From assembly GCA_011109175.1 (NCBI GenBank), contig RDEW01000071.1, positions 130,426 through 194,425 of the forward strand: 64,000 nt of DNA, in the 5' to 3' direction. The position numbers and the translations under genes were made by a program. The notes below the pieces were generated by a model. That model was not told the origin of the DNA. It ran no database searches and saw only the letters and a program-made list of their open reading frames with translations. The DNA comes from Dicyema japonicum. Lineage: Eukaryota; Animalia; Dicyemida. Shown piece after piece: positions 1 through 12,771 of this stretch; the first letter of the stretch is position 1; each line of letters opens with the position of its first letter.

Positions 1-359
1 TTGAGGTGTTAGCGTGTATCCATTACGTGAAATGTTGATTTTATTCATGAAAACACAAAATTTAATAAAAATGATCTTTTTTCGTTAAGGACCGTAAAGA
101 TCGGTCTCTATTAGAATGTCGAGTATAAATGTCATTTTGTGATCAAATAAGAGCTTAGGAAAGGTTATCAAATTACAAGATTTTAAATTAATTTTCGCAT
201 AAGTATTACTGATATTTGTGACAATCTCAATTTGCTACAGCTTACTGATAACTAGGAAAGTTGTCCTTAAAACAATGAATCGTCCTTAGAAAGTCAATTA
301 AATTGCCCTAAAATTTAAATTGGTGAACGAATTGGTACAAAAATTTGATCTAAAAATTC

Positions 360-1380
360 CAGGAAGCAACAGTGCTTGCTTGACAGTCTAGATCCGAGCC
401 ATATGAAATACTTTACTTCTGCCACAACCGCCGATATGGGGAACTTCCTCATTATTCAATAAAGACCCTTACAGATTGCATTCTTCGTCCTGATATCTCC
501 GACTATGCAAGAGAACTCCTTTGCATCAAAACTGATTGCCTTCAGAAAGCCTTGTGGTGGGTGAAGGCCCATCGCTATAGGCAACGTATTCAGGCGCCTG
601 ACGTCGAAAATTGCTGCCAGAGCAGCGAGCAAGACTCAAAGTCCCCAGCTGAACCTTACTCAACTTGGGGTTGGAACTCTTCATGGATGCGAGGCAGTAT
701 TACACTAAATCCTGAACTTTGCTGCCAGTCAGACTCTACGAATGCTATTATGGTCAAACTGGACATCCAGGATCCTGGAAATCAGCAGAATAGTTAAACC
801 TTCATATGGTTCCCCATGTACGCTTATATTCGGGCAACACATCCAAGACAAGGCGACCCCCTACTATTTGACTTAGGTATCGATTGTGCAGCATCAAACT
901 CCACTGAACTCATGGTACCTGGATAATGCGACCGTCGGAGGGAATTTGTAAATTGTGGTGGAAGAGGTCGAGTACGCATCTCTGCATTTCCAGCACTTGG
1001 GTTGGGACCGAATCCGTATAAAATTGAAATCATAAACGTTGCTTGCGGAGAATCGACTTTGGCCATGCTGTGGCTACGATTTCTACTTATCTCCGGGAGG
1101 TCTCGATCAAGGATTCGAAAACAAAAATTTTTTCGGTTCTCCTCTATGCAGCAGTAATTTGTCCATGAAGAGAAAAATACATCCTTTCAACAATCCACAT
1201 CCAATTTAAAAACTTTGGACTTCCACACGTCTTTATTCTTCACCGACTCCTTTTTCTTTTATGGACAGCATGTTTCACGGATATAAACTTTTTAAGAACC
1301 ATCGACGAGAAGCTGAGAACTGCCGTTGAAGAACACTCGAAATTTCTTTTGATAAAATTGGCTGAATCTACAGAGGATAT
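360..1380 (+). mobile_element. Degenerate CRE-clade non-LTR retrotransposon RT fragment
   Basis: Broken frames give LDPSHMK, LIAFRKPCGGVRPIAIGNVFRRLTSK, QLGVG..GCEA, QGDP and WYLDNATVGG, in the same order as the element at 55-58 kb. It ends where the RTE tail begins at ~1380. Confidence 0.75.
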
Positions 1381-4300
1381 TATTTATTTAAGCACTTCAC
1401 AAGAGCCATACTAATTATAGCCCCGCATGTGCAGCAAAAGAAACAAGGTTAGATGTCATCCTTTTCCATGCTCCCCTGTTCCTAGCCAAGGCTCTCATGC
1501 TGTCCAGGTCGTCGGCATTTGTTAGATTTTTTTTATACTGACCAGGTCTTTTTGTAAGACTATTGGCAGTGTTGTTCTTGGTCTTCCCCGATAGCGGCCT
1601 TCTTTGCTAACATAGTATGTTTCCATAGATATGTTCGGTGGGGAAGTTAATTCCATCCTCAGCACGTGTCCGAAGAGCTTCCATCGGGATTCCAGTACTT
1701 CTAAGCTGATAGTCTAGCTGCACTCTTATATAAAGCATTCCTAGATATTCTCGTAGGCCAAGTAGTTCCTGTTATTTTTCTCAGCTGACCTCTGTGGAAC
1801 GAGTCTAGTTTTTCCATATCCGCTGATGAGGTCGCCCAAGTTCCAGCGTTATATAAAAGTACGGGTTTTATGAATGAGTCGTATAGTAGGATTCTCATTT
1901 TTGTGTCGATGCCTTTTTGATTGAGCCATAAATTCTTCAGTTTATATAACGCAGCATTGGCTAGAGTTTTCCTACGTAAAATATCTTCGCTATCTCCCAT
2001 AAGTGAACCGAGTTTCTTTACTTGTCGCCACTTCTCTTCTAGGACGTTACTCATCCTTCTTATCTCTGTGAGTTCTGTTTTTTCTCTGTTCACAGTAAGA
2101 AACCATTTCCCTAGTACATCTGGTGCTTTTTCTAATAGGTTTTCCAGGACCTCTTTGTCTTCAGAAATTAGGTCTACATCGTCCGCGTAGATTACTTCTT
2201 CCGTCTTTCCTTGGTATGACGGTCTAAGTTCCCTCATAGCGGCTTCCAAATAAATTGTGAATAGTAGAGGAGAAAGAGAGTCTCCTTGTGGAGTGCCCGT
2301 ATTTGTTTCAAATTTTCTTGAATAGGTTTTTCCGACTCTCACAAGGAGCTCAGTGTTAGAAAGTAGAATTCGGATCATCCTTAGACTCGATTCATCAAGA
2401 AATCCGCCAGTACCCCCATTAATTTGTTCCTGTTAACCGTATCAAAAGCTCTTGATAGGTCAATTCCCAAAATATTGGTGGCGTTACGGTATCTTTGATA
2501 TGTTGCACACCTCCATCTGTGACTCCAGACCGCATCAGCTGTGGATCTCCCTTCTCGAAAACCACTTTGACTATCTGGTAGGTATTTGTAAGCAAGTCCT
2601 TTTATTCGTTCAAGCACAATGTTTGCCAAGACTTTGCGTAATGAATTTAGTAGTATGATGGGTCGCAAATTTTCGATCGGTCCTCTGTTTTTGTTGGTTT
2701 TTTTGTATGGGGATTAGTAGTCCCGTACCCAGAGGTAGAGTTGAGTTAGTTGAAAACATTTCATTTAGTAGTGTAGCGATTTTTTCAAAAAGGAGGTCAG
2801 GGCCGTATTTCAGTAGTTCTGGGTTTATCGCATCTGGTCCGGGGCTTCTGTTATTCTTGAGTTTTCGGCAGGCCGTTTTGATTTCCTCGGCCGTGATTGG
2901 TATCTTAAGGGGTCTTGGCCTTCCATCAAATGGGTGGATTTCTATGGTTTTGATGTTGAAAAGCTTCTCAAAGTGAGCCGCGATGGCTTCAGTTTGTTCT
3001 TTGGTGTTCAGTATCAGCTTACCGTTCTCGTCTTTTATGGTTAGTCGACTTCGGTTTGTTCGCCGCAGCAAACGGGCAGCGACGTACACCTGTGCGTTGT
3101 CTTTCACTTTGTTTACTTCTTCTATACAGGAGGCTATTTCTTCTATGAAAAGCTTCTTGTTCAGACCCTTTATTTTTCTTCTGACACGTTGTCTTTCGCC
3201 TTGAAGGGCTTTTATCGCATTAGTGTCAGTGGCATTTGATTTTCTCATATTTATTTCTTTTAGACTTTTCGCAAGCTCAGGAACATCTGGATGAATAGCC
3301 TTCAGGTGCATTTTACTATTCTCCCTTTTGCCAAGACATGCTTCAGCAGCTTCGTTGATGGTGTCCTTTGTGCGTTTCCAGGCGTCTTCTAGCGTGGTAT
3401 CCACCAATACGTCCTGCAAATTAGTCTGAATGTATTGTTGATATCTCTCAGTAGTCTCCGGTTGAGAAATCAGCCTTTCAGTCGCGTAGTCGCCTCTGAT
3501 TTTCTCAAATTCGTGATTTTTTGCATTCCTGTATTTAATGGCATGTTTTTTCAGGGTGAAGGTCGCAATAACCATCTTGTGGTCGCTGACAGTCGTCGAA
3601 CCTTCATATGAACGTGCGTTTACTAGAAGGTGTTTGTCTTTAGCCCGGCATATGACATAATCGATTTGGTTGTATATTGGGACCAGCTTTCCTTCTGAGT
3701 TCCTTCGCTTCCCCATCCACGTAGTTTTGTGGCAGGCAGGATGCGTAAATGCAGTATTGCATAGGAAAAGGTTGTTTGCCATACAAAAGTGACCAAGTAT
3801 TGTCCCGGGTAAATTTCTTATTCCACGTCCATGTTCTCCCAAGAAAACATCATCCGGGTTATTCTTCATCCCGACTTTTGCATTCAAATCACCAGCAATG
3901 AGTATTAGTGATGACGACTCATATTCGTTGTACGTCCGTAACAGTGTTGAATAGAAGTCGTCTAGTTCTGTCGGATCTTTCGCTACTCTCCCGCAGTGTG
4001 GCGCATAAACATTTACAATTGTCAGAAAGCTCTTCGAAGGAGGTAAGTCGTTTAGCCGGATTTGTATAACACAGATCCTGTCATTCACACTCCATATACG
4101 GTGGACTGCACTTGTCAACTTTGAGTGGATGGCAAATCCAAGTCCATAATGTTTTGAGTCGCTCGGCTGACATATAATTCGATATTCGCCAAAGTTTTCA
4201 TCAAGGCTACAAGTAACTTTCGTCTCTTGTAGACACCCAATAGAACGTCGTATCTCTCCAGGTCATCACAGAGAATCTTCCTCGACCAGGTCGTAGATAA

Positions 4301-4480
4301 GCCTCTAGCATTGAACGTAAGGACTTTTAGACGAGATGCATCCCTTTGTATCCATTGCCTTTTAGACATTTTCCTCAATTGCGATCCAATCAAGAAACGA
4401 GGCACGTCAATACAAAAAAAATAATTAACAATTTGTATATCGAGCGTTAAAAATCAATCGACTGGTTGGCCACCCTGCCC
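1380..4480 (-). mobile_element. Near full-length RTE-type LINE (APE endonuclease + RT), frameshifted
   Basis: ORFs 4405-4115, 4118-2610, 2668-2381 and 2378-1701. APE motifs VYAP, AGDLNAKVG, NQIDY, SDH. RT motifs RPIILL, QSGFR, IDLSRAFD, PQGDSLSPLLF, YADD. 3' tail at ~1380-1430. Confidence 0.92.
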
Positions 4481-4699
4481 TACGAGCTAACAAATTACTT
4501 CCTTGTGTCTTATGTGTAAGAAGGTCTTTACAAATGAAGAAATGAAGAATGTTAAATCACCTTAAGTTTTTTCATCCTGAAAAACTTGATGCAGATGTTA
4601 ATTATTTTTCTAATCTGAAAAATAATTATGAAAATCGTCTACGATGAATCAAATTTTTACAAAAAAATCCAAGATGCTTAAAAAGCCTATTATCTATAA

Positions 4700-4890
4700 T
4701 AAATGAAAATAAAACCTTAAAAATAGCTTAAGTCTATCAAGCTACTTCTGGCATAAATTTTCTACACTTTTTCGGCAAGCGTAAGTAGAAGGAAGATTAT
4801 GTCCAATACTCTCAAACGAATCTCGTAAACTTTTACTGGACAACTTATGCAAGGGAATATCGGATTCGGCAAAAGCCATAGTCACTTATC
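4700..4890 (-). mobile_element. Possible hAT-like (CGGBP1-like) transposase remnant
   Basis: Minus frame AFAESDIPLHKLSSKSLRDSFESIGHNLPSTYACRK resembles the IPLxKL segment of these transposases, by recall only. Stops follow. Confidence 0.4.
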
Positions 4891-5269
4891 GACCCATATG
4901 TTGCAGATGGACGAGAAAATCAATGGGTTTATAGTATACCTGTAAAATAGTAATAAAAATAATGAACCTGCTAATTTGATATGTTTCTTAGACGATCTGT
5001 GCGATTCAATAAAAAATTCTTTTTTGCAGTTACAAATGTCCACATAAATTCCAAAAAAGAATTCCTTTAAAATCATAAAATATTTTCTAACAACAGACTT
5101 AATCTTTTCAATGTCATTCTTGATTGAACGAGGCATCACAGTGATGATGATAATTGATCCCACGTTACTATTTTATTTAAAAACTCTAAAAATTAATAAA
5201 TTAAAATCAATAAAATTTTAGACTTTATAAATTTTAAATGCACAAAATTCGCTATAAATAAGTTATATC

Positions 5270-5770
5270 CTTCCCGTCGCTTGTGCCACTCCCCATCCCG
5301 TATGATCCGGTCTGTTGGACTCCTCCACGCTCTCGCTCTAGTTGATGTCCAGAACCCATTAAGTCCAAAGCTAGTAGGTCTTTCTCCAGTTAATTATTCC
5401 ACAGTAGGTACTTTCCTCTTATGTCCTACCCAAGTAGTCCCAATTCGCCTGTAGGGACCAATGATGTGGGTAACAAAGTCTTGTAGACCCCAATTCGTAT
5501 GTAGGGGTAAATTGTTGTGGGTTCCAGGTCCAACGTGGAAAATATCTCCAAAGAGTTTGCCACCTTCGCTTTACCATAAATTCCTTAATATGGACACTTT
5601 GCAAGTGCTCCATCTTCTTCATTATCAAAAGCCCGTATATCCATGACGTAGTAGGTCCAAAGGTAGTAAGAGTCCTTTTCAAGTTAGTTGTCCCACAGGG
5701 GGTCCACCCATCCATGTTTAGCACTACATCATGGTCAACTTTTGACTTAATCATATTTTCTCTATTCAAA
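5270..5770 (-). CDS. Probable intron-containing host gene, product not identified
   Basis: More GC-rich, coding-like island with candidate 22-23 nt introns (GTGGGACAACTAACTTGAAAAG, GTGGAATAATTAACTGGAGAAAG). No family recognised. Confidence 0.35.
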
Positions 5771-6129
5771 TTAGCATCTCCGTGAAGAACTTTTGTTTAT
5801 TATTAAATCTTCGTTAAATCAGTGTAGGCTTTGCTAAATTCAAGATCATTGAATCCTAGAATTTCTGAAAATGTCGAAATTCCCAAATAAAGTTCATTTT
5901 TATTTCACATCTGTGGGATAATTCTCTGAGAGTCATTTTTGATGTATTTTTTATTTCACAAATCTTTCTTTTCTGTGAATAGAAATTTCAGTCCTCTTTC
6001 TAACAAAGCAACGTAAGATTTTAAATTTAAAATGCAAATTCAATTAAATTTAAAATAAAAAAATAAATTAATCCGAAATTATTAATAAATGTTTTCCGGA
6101 TTGCCGATTATGAAGTTTCGGTTTATTGA

Positions 6130-6423
6130 ATTCTGTATGTACTCTTGGAGAACACTAAACGTCCCCCCAATCAGGGAATACCTGACGGAACGTCACTGGG
6201 ACTTCCTTAAGATGGCAAAGTCCCTGACCATCCCCTCGGACCGCATCAGACTATATATGGACACCTGCCCGAGATATGAGAAAAAACCTTCCCGCTGTGG
6301 AGATTAATCCGAGACTCCAAAACTAACCGCTAGAAAAAGACTTGTATGGACACCGGGATCACTTAATTAGACGATAACTTTTATTCTCTTTCTCGTAATT
6401 TCGGGGTTAATTAAATAAATAAA
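6130..6423 (+). mobile_element. 3' end of I/Jockey-group LINE
   Basis: Similar to 44945-45300. Ends in the shared tail GGGATCACTTAATTAG...TTTCTCG..GGGGTTAATTAAATAAAT. Confidence 0.65.
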
Positions 6424-6439
6424 ATCTTGGTAAAATTTT

Positions 6440-6500
6440 GTTGACTCATCAAACAAAATTCGGATTATTAAAGTTCGGATTAATGGGGGTTCACTGTATT
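6440..6500 (-). mobile_element. pogo/Tigger-like terminal inverted repeat remnant
   Basis: Minus strand reads TA-CAGTGAACCCCCATTAATCCGAACTTTAATAATCCGAA, resembling Tigger-type ends. No partner end confirmed. Confidence 0.4.
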
Positions 6501-7009
6501 TACTTTTTACTAAAGAAGAACCAATTTTTCTTTACGAGCAGGTGACTCATATAAAAACAAAGTGAACGAAGCACGTCTCTACGTGGATTTCAAGTACCTA
6601 TCTGAACAAATGGGACAACTGTTCTCTCCACTTTGCTCATTACGCCTTCTTGACACCATTGGCACCTTTTCTCTTGTCCAAGCCACTTTTTTAAAAGTAA
6701 AATTGTGTGGATGAAAAGAAGACGTCGGTGTTCTCATGGACCATGGCTATTTATATTCGATGTTGAAATTATCGTCGATTTCGAGAGTCCCATGCAACAA
6801 AAGTATTTCAAATCTCGGATTATTACCTATCGACTGTAAAGAAAGTGAGTCGAACTCTCAAAGTTAATATTTATCCAGCATTTTTAAAATCAATACAAAC
6901 TGATCAAGCACGTGAATTTCCAGCGATTTTTAAAAAAAATTGTTTTTTAAATAAAATTGATTTCTTAGCTAAATAATAATAATAAAATAATAAATATTTA
7001 AAAGAATTT

Positions 7010-7912
7010 ATGTCGTTTAAGTGTGTTGAGGTTGAATACGGGGGATGCATAATCAAATTGGCTGGGACAATGCACTGCAGCAAGGAGAGCTGTGCTAAAG
7101 TCGAGGAAGTACTAAAATATAAAATGTTAGCTAATTCGTTCGTGGAAGCCTTCAGTGACAATATTAGAGTTGTGCAGTGAACGGGGGTCACTCTTAATAA
7201 TGGACCAGCAAAAAATGCTTGAGGATTGCAGAAACTTGACCTATATGGATTTGATGAGGATAATCAAGACAGAGGGGGTCGTTCGGGGGGTTTTCGTTGC
7301 CCTTATGGTCAATATGTACTCCAATGCATCCATTAAGATGGATATTATGCCGGGGGCTGAATTTAGGACAGCATATGACTCAGTTTGTGATTATTTGTTA
7401 GTTAGTCACTAAGTATTGGCTGTAAGATCAAATTGGGGGACAGACCCGTTTCCGTGACCATGCAGAGATTTATGGACGTCCTTTCATTTTGGGATAAAAT
7501 AAGGATAATCTTCGACATGATTCGCTCCACCGTTAACTTTGAAAGTTCGTTCAACGAAATGTTAGCATTTTCAATATCCGTAGGTTGAACGACAGCGATA
7601 AAATGATCAAATATTTTGTTGACAAATTCCCGTTGGCTGCGAATGTCTTTATTCATGAGAGGGACGACTACATGGCTAAACAAATAAGGAATGTTGCGCA
7701 TCAAATCGTTGATACTAGTATACCCCTCGAATTGTTGTGGTCGCTGGTTTGGGGCATCTTCCTGGTATAGAGAATTGCCTAGTAACTGGGAAATCTCCAA
7801 AAATTGAATATAAATTTGTATTTGTGCCTTTTTATTGTAGGCAGAGTCACCTGTTCGGTGGTCGTCTCTTGTGTGTCTCACAGTTTTTATTATTGGTTGG
7901 ATATATTATTAA
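7010..7912 (+). CDS. TRABD: TraB domain-containing protein, 5 exons, one homopolymer frameshift
   Basis: Spliced product has GTMHCS, TILELC, MPGAEFR, LGDRPV, IHERDDYM, VVAGLGHLPGIE and a C-terminal hydrophobic helix. Introns are 22 nt (7109-7130), 23, 23 and 23 nt. One extra C is needed in the run at 7723-7726. Confidence 0.92.
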
Positions 7913-9094
7913 TATTTTATTATTTGGTTTTATTTTGTATTTAAACTCGAATTTCCCTGTTCATTGGTATTGATTCACTGTTTATCATTGAGATCAGGAA
8001 CCTGGGCCTTTTGGCTGTATGACTCGAATATGAAAAATGAACTTTTCAGCGAAGGTCTAGCCTGTGAGGCGACGAGTCTTTCTGACACGACACAACTGTT
8101 GAAAGGGATCTTCCATATCCTTTACCGATTCCACTGATGAGGACTACCAATGAAAACTCTACCGCCTAAGAATGAAGTGATTTCCGGGGACGTGTGATAA
8201 AATGGAAAAAGGCGAACCTAATTATCCTCCTCTCTTTGGAAGCAGAAGCCTGAAATGGACTATTCAAATGGCCATCTCACTAATATCTTCATTTTTTCTA
8301 TGGCCGTGATTTCTCGTTACCATTGTTATTTTTGTAGACCAAATAATGGATTAGTGGTGATGAGGAAGACAACAGATACCGAGCTAAGACTGTAAATAGA
8401 AAGTTAAAACTAAGAATCGAAATCTTCTGGTTCTAGTTTTTAAGGTCGATAATACACACGAAAACTTTCCACGGTTAAATAAAATTTGAAAAGCCTTTTT
8501 GTTGAATCCAAATATCTCTGTGGAGTTCATACTCTGTTAGGGGCTTCCTGGATTGCGATTACTTGTTCTGCAGTACAGCCACTTTTTATATCGAGATTTT
8601 CTGCGATCGACTTGTATAATTTTTTTTAATATAAAACAATTTATTTAAATCAGAAAACCATATTTACAGTAAATCATATTAAATCATATAAATCATAATT
8701 TTTTTTGTATTTTAATGACAATTTTTTAATATTATATTTTATTTAACAAAACAAGAGAACAAGAAACAAACACGCCTCATGTGGTTCGCCGTTCCTGGTG
8801 TGGAGTTAGTCACACAGTAAAAAGAATCATTTGCTCACCCCAATCCAAGAAGATGTTTTCTTGAAGACTCTCTCAAACGCTCTTAAACAAGAAACAAACA
8901 CGTCAAAAAGAGAGAGACTCTTTATTTTATAACAAAAATCTAATGCGATTTTTGGCATTGTAATTCTCCAGGAATTCATATGAGGACTCATAGGAAGCAG
9001 ATCACTAATTTTGCTGAACCGTATCGGATTGCTAATCGAAGGAGGAACTTTGTTTGATAAGAGAATTATTTGTTGAATTGAAAGGCGTAGACTC

Positions 9095-9600
9095 TGCATA
9101 TTTATGTACATAACCCCAGGAAACATCGAGAAAAAATAATAGTAACTGAACTAATTAGGCGATCCCTGTTCCCCTGATCAACTATAAAAACGGTGTGGCA
9201 TTTAAGCAAAAATATTTCTTCTTATAAGTTACAAAATAATATGAGTGTGTCCTAATCATTTGGGTTTCATATATCTCCTGACCGGCGCCTAATCCATGCT
9301 TACGAGAAGAAGGAAGACGAGGGGTTTCATCACTCATGAAACTAAGGAGATATTGAGTACAAGAACTAAGTTACCACCCCAACTTTCCCACCAATTAACC
9401 AATTGTGCACTGATCGTTATTAGTTTCCATAATCTTGAATGCTCAATTAATAATGGAAATCTTAGTAAATATCAATATTTCCACATAATCTTCCGTCCCC
9501 TATCAAAAACAGCAGGTACCAGCACCTTAAATATTATCCCCCACAAGGGCACGCCAGGCATCATTGGTTTCATTCATCAGACTTGTAGATTAACTACCAT
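9095..9600 (-). mobile_element. Degenerate I/Jockey-group LINE 3' remnant
   Basis: Tail motif GGGATCGCCTAATTAG...TTTCTCGATG..CCTGGGGTT at ~9100-9180 on the minus strand. Upstream extent is uncertain. Confidence 0.45.
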
Positions 9601-9677
9601 TAACCCCGGGAAAGCGAGAAATGGATATGTCGTCTATGTGACCTTGGGAATGAACCGGTTTATTGATTGAAAATGAG

Positions 9678-10438
9678 TTAGTTTTCGGTAAACCGAAGAA
9701 TATTAATATTATTAGTGATACTATCAATTTTAGACAAATCCTTGAATAGAATGTTTACAAATAACATTGTATGTGCTGTCCTCCTTGTTTGAGATTTCTG
9801 TGGTTGCGTGTATTGAGACCTGTATATTCTCACCCAAAGACAATTTTTCGTCATTTGGTTCCCCACTTTTAGATAGAGTTGAGGCAACGTTCCTGATATC
9901 GTTTTCATCCGTTGGAGAGAAATACTGGATTCTGTCAATTTTTGGTTCTTTGCTTTTTAGTGACCCTTCCTTGTTGGCATTTTTGGTTTTCTCCTCAAAA
10001 AAGACTGACTTGGTAGTGTTGGGACTTTCAGTCGACGGTTGTTCACACATTTGGGGAGTGAAATCACTTTTCTTGAGCACAATTTCGTTTTTATTATTTT
10101 TTTTGTGCGATAACGTTATTTTGCGGTGTTTTCGGGTTCGTTTTAAAAAATGTGCCCAAGCATTGAGTATGTTTCACCATTTTTTCATAAATAAAAATCG
10201 CATTTGGCGTTTGAAACAGGTATAATCCGCTTCCCTGAGGATTCATATGGTTACATTCAATCACAATTCCCTTTAGTTTAATCATATATCCATTTATTGT
10301 GTGTAGTGGCCATTTTGTTGTTTCCCCGTTCGTGTAGCACAGGTTAAGGCAGTTGTGACCAAACTCTACCTGTCGAAACCCCTGATTCAGAGCGTTATTT
10401 GCTGTAAAGTTTCCGTCAATCCACTTTAAGACCCCCAT
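9678..10438 (-). CDS. IRS-type PTB domain adaptor (DOK/FRS2-like) with low-complexity tail
   Basis: ORF 10438-10094 KWPLHTINGY...VIECNHMNPQGSGLYLFQT..AIFIYE follows the IRS-PTB pattern. It continues into ORF 10080-9730 across a frameshift in the T run at 10097-10104. Confidence 0.6.
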
Positions 10439-10699
10439 TCCTGATCAAATTCTAAATTTATTCAAGTTGGGAGATACTATTAAATCAATAAAATCAGCTT
10501 TGAATATAAAATACTGAACTGAGAGGTAATTATACTTACAATGTAATGTCAATATTAACTGCAATACGCAATTTCTCACAAAAATCACTCAATTTACGTG
10601 CTTATTGATTGACTTTAATTAACTATTACGCATTGTACTCTATGAACCTAAAATATATCAATATAATAAATATCAATAAATTTATTTTGGACTTATTCT

Positions 10700-11280
10700 T
10701 TTATTGGATTTAAGTGAGGACTCTAATTGACGAGGGAATTACTTCACAGGATCCCCCAAACAGGTGAGAAGTGTCAAATGTATGACCTTCTTGGAGTAGA
10801 GCTCTCCCTTCTCTAATAAATGCACTTTGTTGGACTGATTATTTAATCAGCTTTAAGTGAGGACTCTAATTGAAAAGGGTATTACTTCACAGGATCCCCC
10901 AAACAGGTTGAGAAGTGTCAAATGTATGACCTTCTTGGAGTAAAGCTCTCCCCTCTCTAATAAATGCACCTTGTTGGACTGATTATTTAATTGGCTTTAA
11001 GTGAGGACTTTAAATGAAAAGGGTATTACTTCACAGGATCCCCCAAACAGGTTGAGAAGTGTCAAATGTATGACCTTCTTGGAGTAAAGCTCTCCCTCTC
11101 TAATAAATGCACCTTGTTGGACTGATTATTTAATTGGCTTTAAGTGAGGACTCTAATTGAAGTGGATATTACTTCAATGATTCCTTCAGAGAAGTTGAGG
11201 TTGAGAAGTGCCACGTGTATGTCACATGTATGACCGTTATGCAGTAGAGCTCTCACCTATCTAAGACTGAAGAGTAAAGA
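10700..11280 (-). repeat. 143-144 bp tandem array (3 full copies + 1 decayed), LRR-like on the minus strand
   Basis: TTAAGTGAGGAC recurs at 10710, 10853, 10997 and 11140. The unit translates SQLNNQSNKVHLLERGELYSKKVIHLTLLNLFGGSCEVIPFSIRVLT*. Confidence 0.9.
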
Positions 11281-11559
11281 TTATTTCCCTGGTTTCTATC
11301 TGAGATGGACTTGTTTCATGCTTTAAAGATAGGCTTTTGTGTTTAAGTAAGTAGAAGCATATTAGCTGTTAATATGCGGACTCGAAGCGAATAACCTCTG
11401 TCAAGACTCTTTCAATATTTAGCTTGGACATATTCAAAGACAAGACGTTGATGAATCCAATAATTCCTAGGTTTACAAACTCGTGCATCCAATGTAGCGA
11501 TTATCCGAGTTCTTTCACATTTTAGAATACAAACGGGAACTTAGTGGATAAACATTTTT

Positions 11560-11758
11560 TTGTTTTTGGCGATGCCTTTTTAAGTTCTTACTTCCCAACT
11601 CTGGTTCCTTGCGCCTGCGACGTTGGAATTCTTGAGTCGTCTAGGAATCGGATCGCTGCTCGAACAGGAGACCCTAGTGAGCGCTGCTGGTTATTTGACC
11701 GAATCTCGCTCGCCATCCTGAGAGGGAATAGCTACGGAGTCAGGGCAGCCGCTATATA
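11560..11758 (+). mobile_element. CRE-like element 3' end fragment
   Basis: ERCWLFDRISLAILRGNSYGVRAAAI* matches the C-terminal RISLAI.RGN motif of the other CRE copies. Confidence 0.7.
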
Positions 11759-12179
11759 ACCTTTTACTCTCTTTTCTTTCCTTAATAAAATTTAATTAAT
11801 TTTCCAACACAAAAATAAATAGTTTACCGAATTAACCGCTGATTTGTGGTTGAATTGCACTTTTAATATTCTTTTCGATATTTGATAATCGACAATGCAA
11901 ATCGATGAAAAACCCTGAAATAATGAACATTATTTTGACACCAAATTTTCAAAAATGAGAAATATATGCAACAATGAAGTAATTGTGGTTAATTTTTTTA
12001 ATTCGTCATTTACTATTAGAAATTGCATTGAATGCCTTAAAGCTGGAAAGCACCAAAGTGTGGGTGCTCCCCGGTCGGTGTTAAACGCAGTAAAATTTAG
12101 ATTAAAATTTTCTTTTACGTACGACTTTGAACGGCAAACAATATTAATTTTTAAAATAAGTGAATCTCGTAAGACATTC

Positions 12180-12400
12180 CTTTTTATAGTTATTGCCAAA
12201 GGATCACTGAATTAAAGAGACAGTTTACAAATAAGTGATCCTAGTTCATATGGTCACAGTTATACGCATCTTTCCAAGCATTGGTTTCATCCATATCCGT
12301 CTTTGTGGGAGCGCTTCCAGTGGAGTAGGAAAGAGAGATCTTTTTTGTACCCCGACTAAGCAATAAGCGTCTCCCTGGAAGGGTTGATAACATAAGCCTC
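12180..12400 (-). mobile_element. I/Jockey-group LINE 3' remnant
   Basis: Minus-strand tail GGATCACTTATTTG...CTCTTTAATTCAGTGATCC. Confidence 0.5.
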
Positions 12401-12771
12401 CTAAAAATTCAAGAAATCAAAAATCTGAAAGAAATGCGTCTACTGAATTGTTAGCAGTGTACGAATCAAATTCACAATCAATCGCGACACGTGTGTTAGT
12501 ATAGTCACTAGGTTATCTGGTGAAAAAGGTAAGTCCGCTAAAGACAATTTTGTCGACTGCAAAGTCGTGCTAGTACATCAGAGAAATTATGAATGAAATT
12601 ATTATTGTCACTGAAAATGAGTTTGGTTACAGTCGAGGAACTTTTTGGATAACATGGGTCACGCCTTGGAGCACAGAACTCTTCACTTAGGTCCCTTTAA
12701 AGTGGTTAAATCTACAGTAGGTGATATAAAATACATAATCTTTTCCTTTACAGTTTGCCATAACTCAGTAT

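Noticed and set aside
5270-5720. TAA/TAG-to-Gln recoding, suggested by a long frame broken only by TAA/TAG (WDN*LEKD, WNN*LEKD)
   Set aside because: Those stops fall within 22-23 nt GT-AG intron-like segments. SMAD, TEX261 and the PDI-like gene have no in-frame TAA/TAG after splicing, and TRABD and MED22 end in TAA.
8040-8160. SDR Rossmann motif VVLISGIGKGYGRSL on the minus strand
   Set aside because: A stop follows within about 20 codons and there is no room for the domain before TRABD.
10700-11280. CRISPR array
   Set aside because: The whole 143-bp unit repeats with no unique spacers, the context is eukaryotic, and there are no cas genes.
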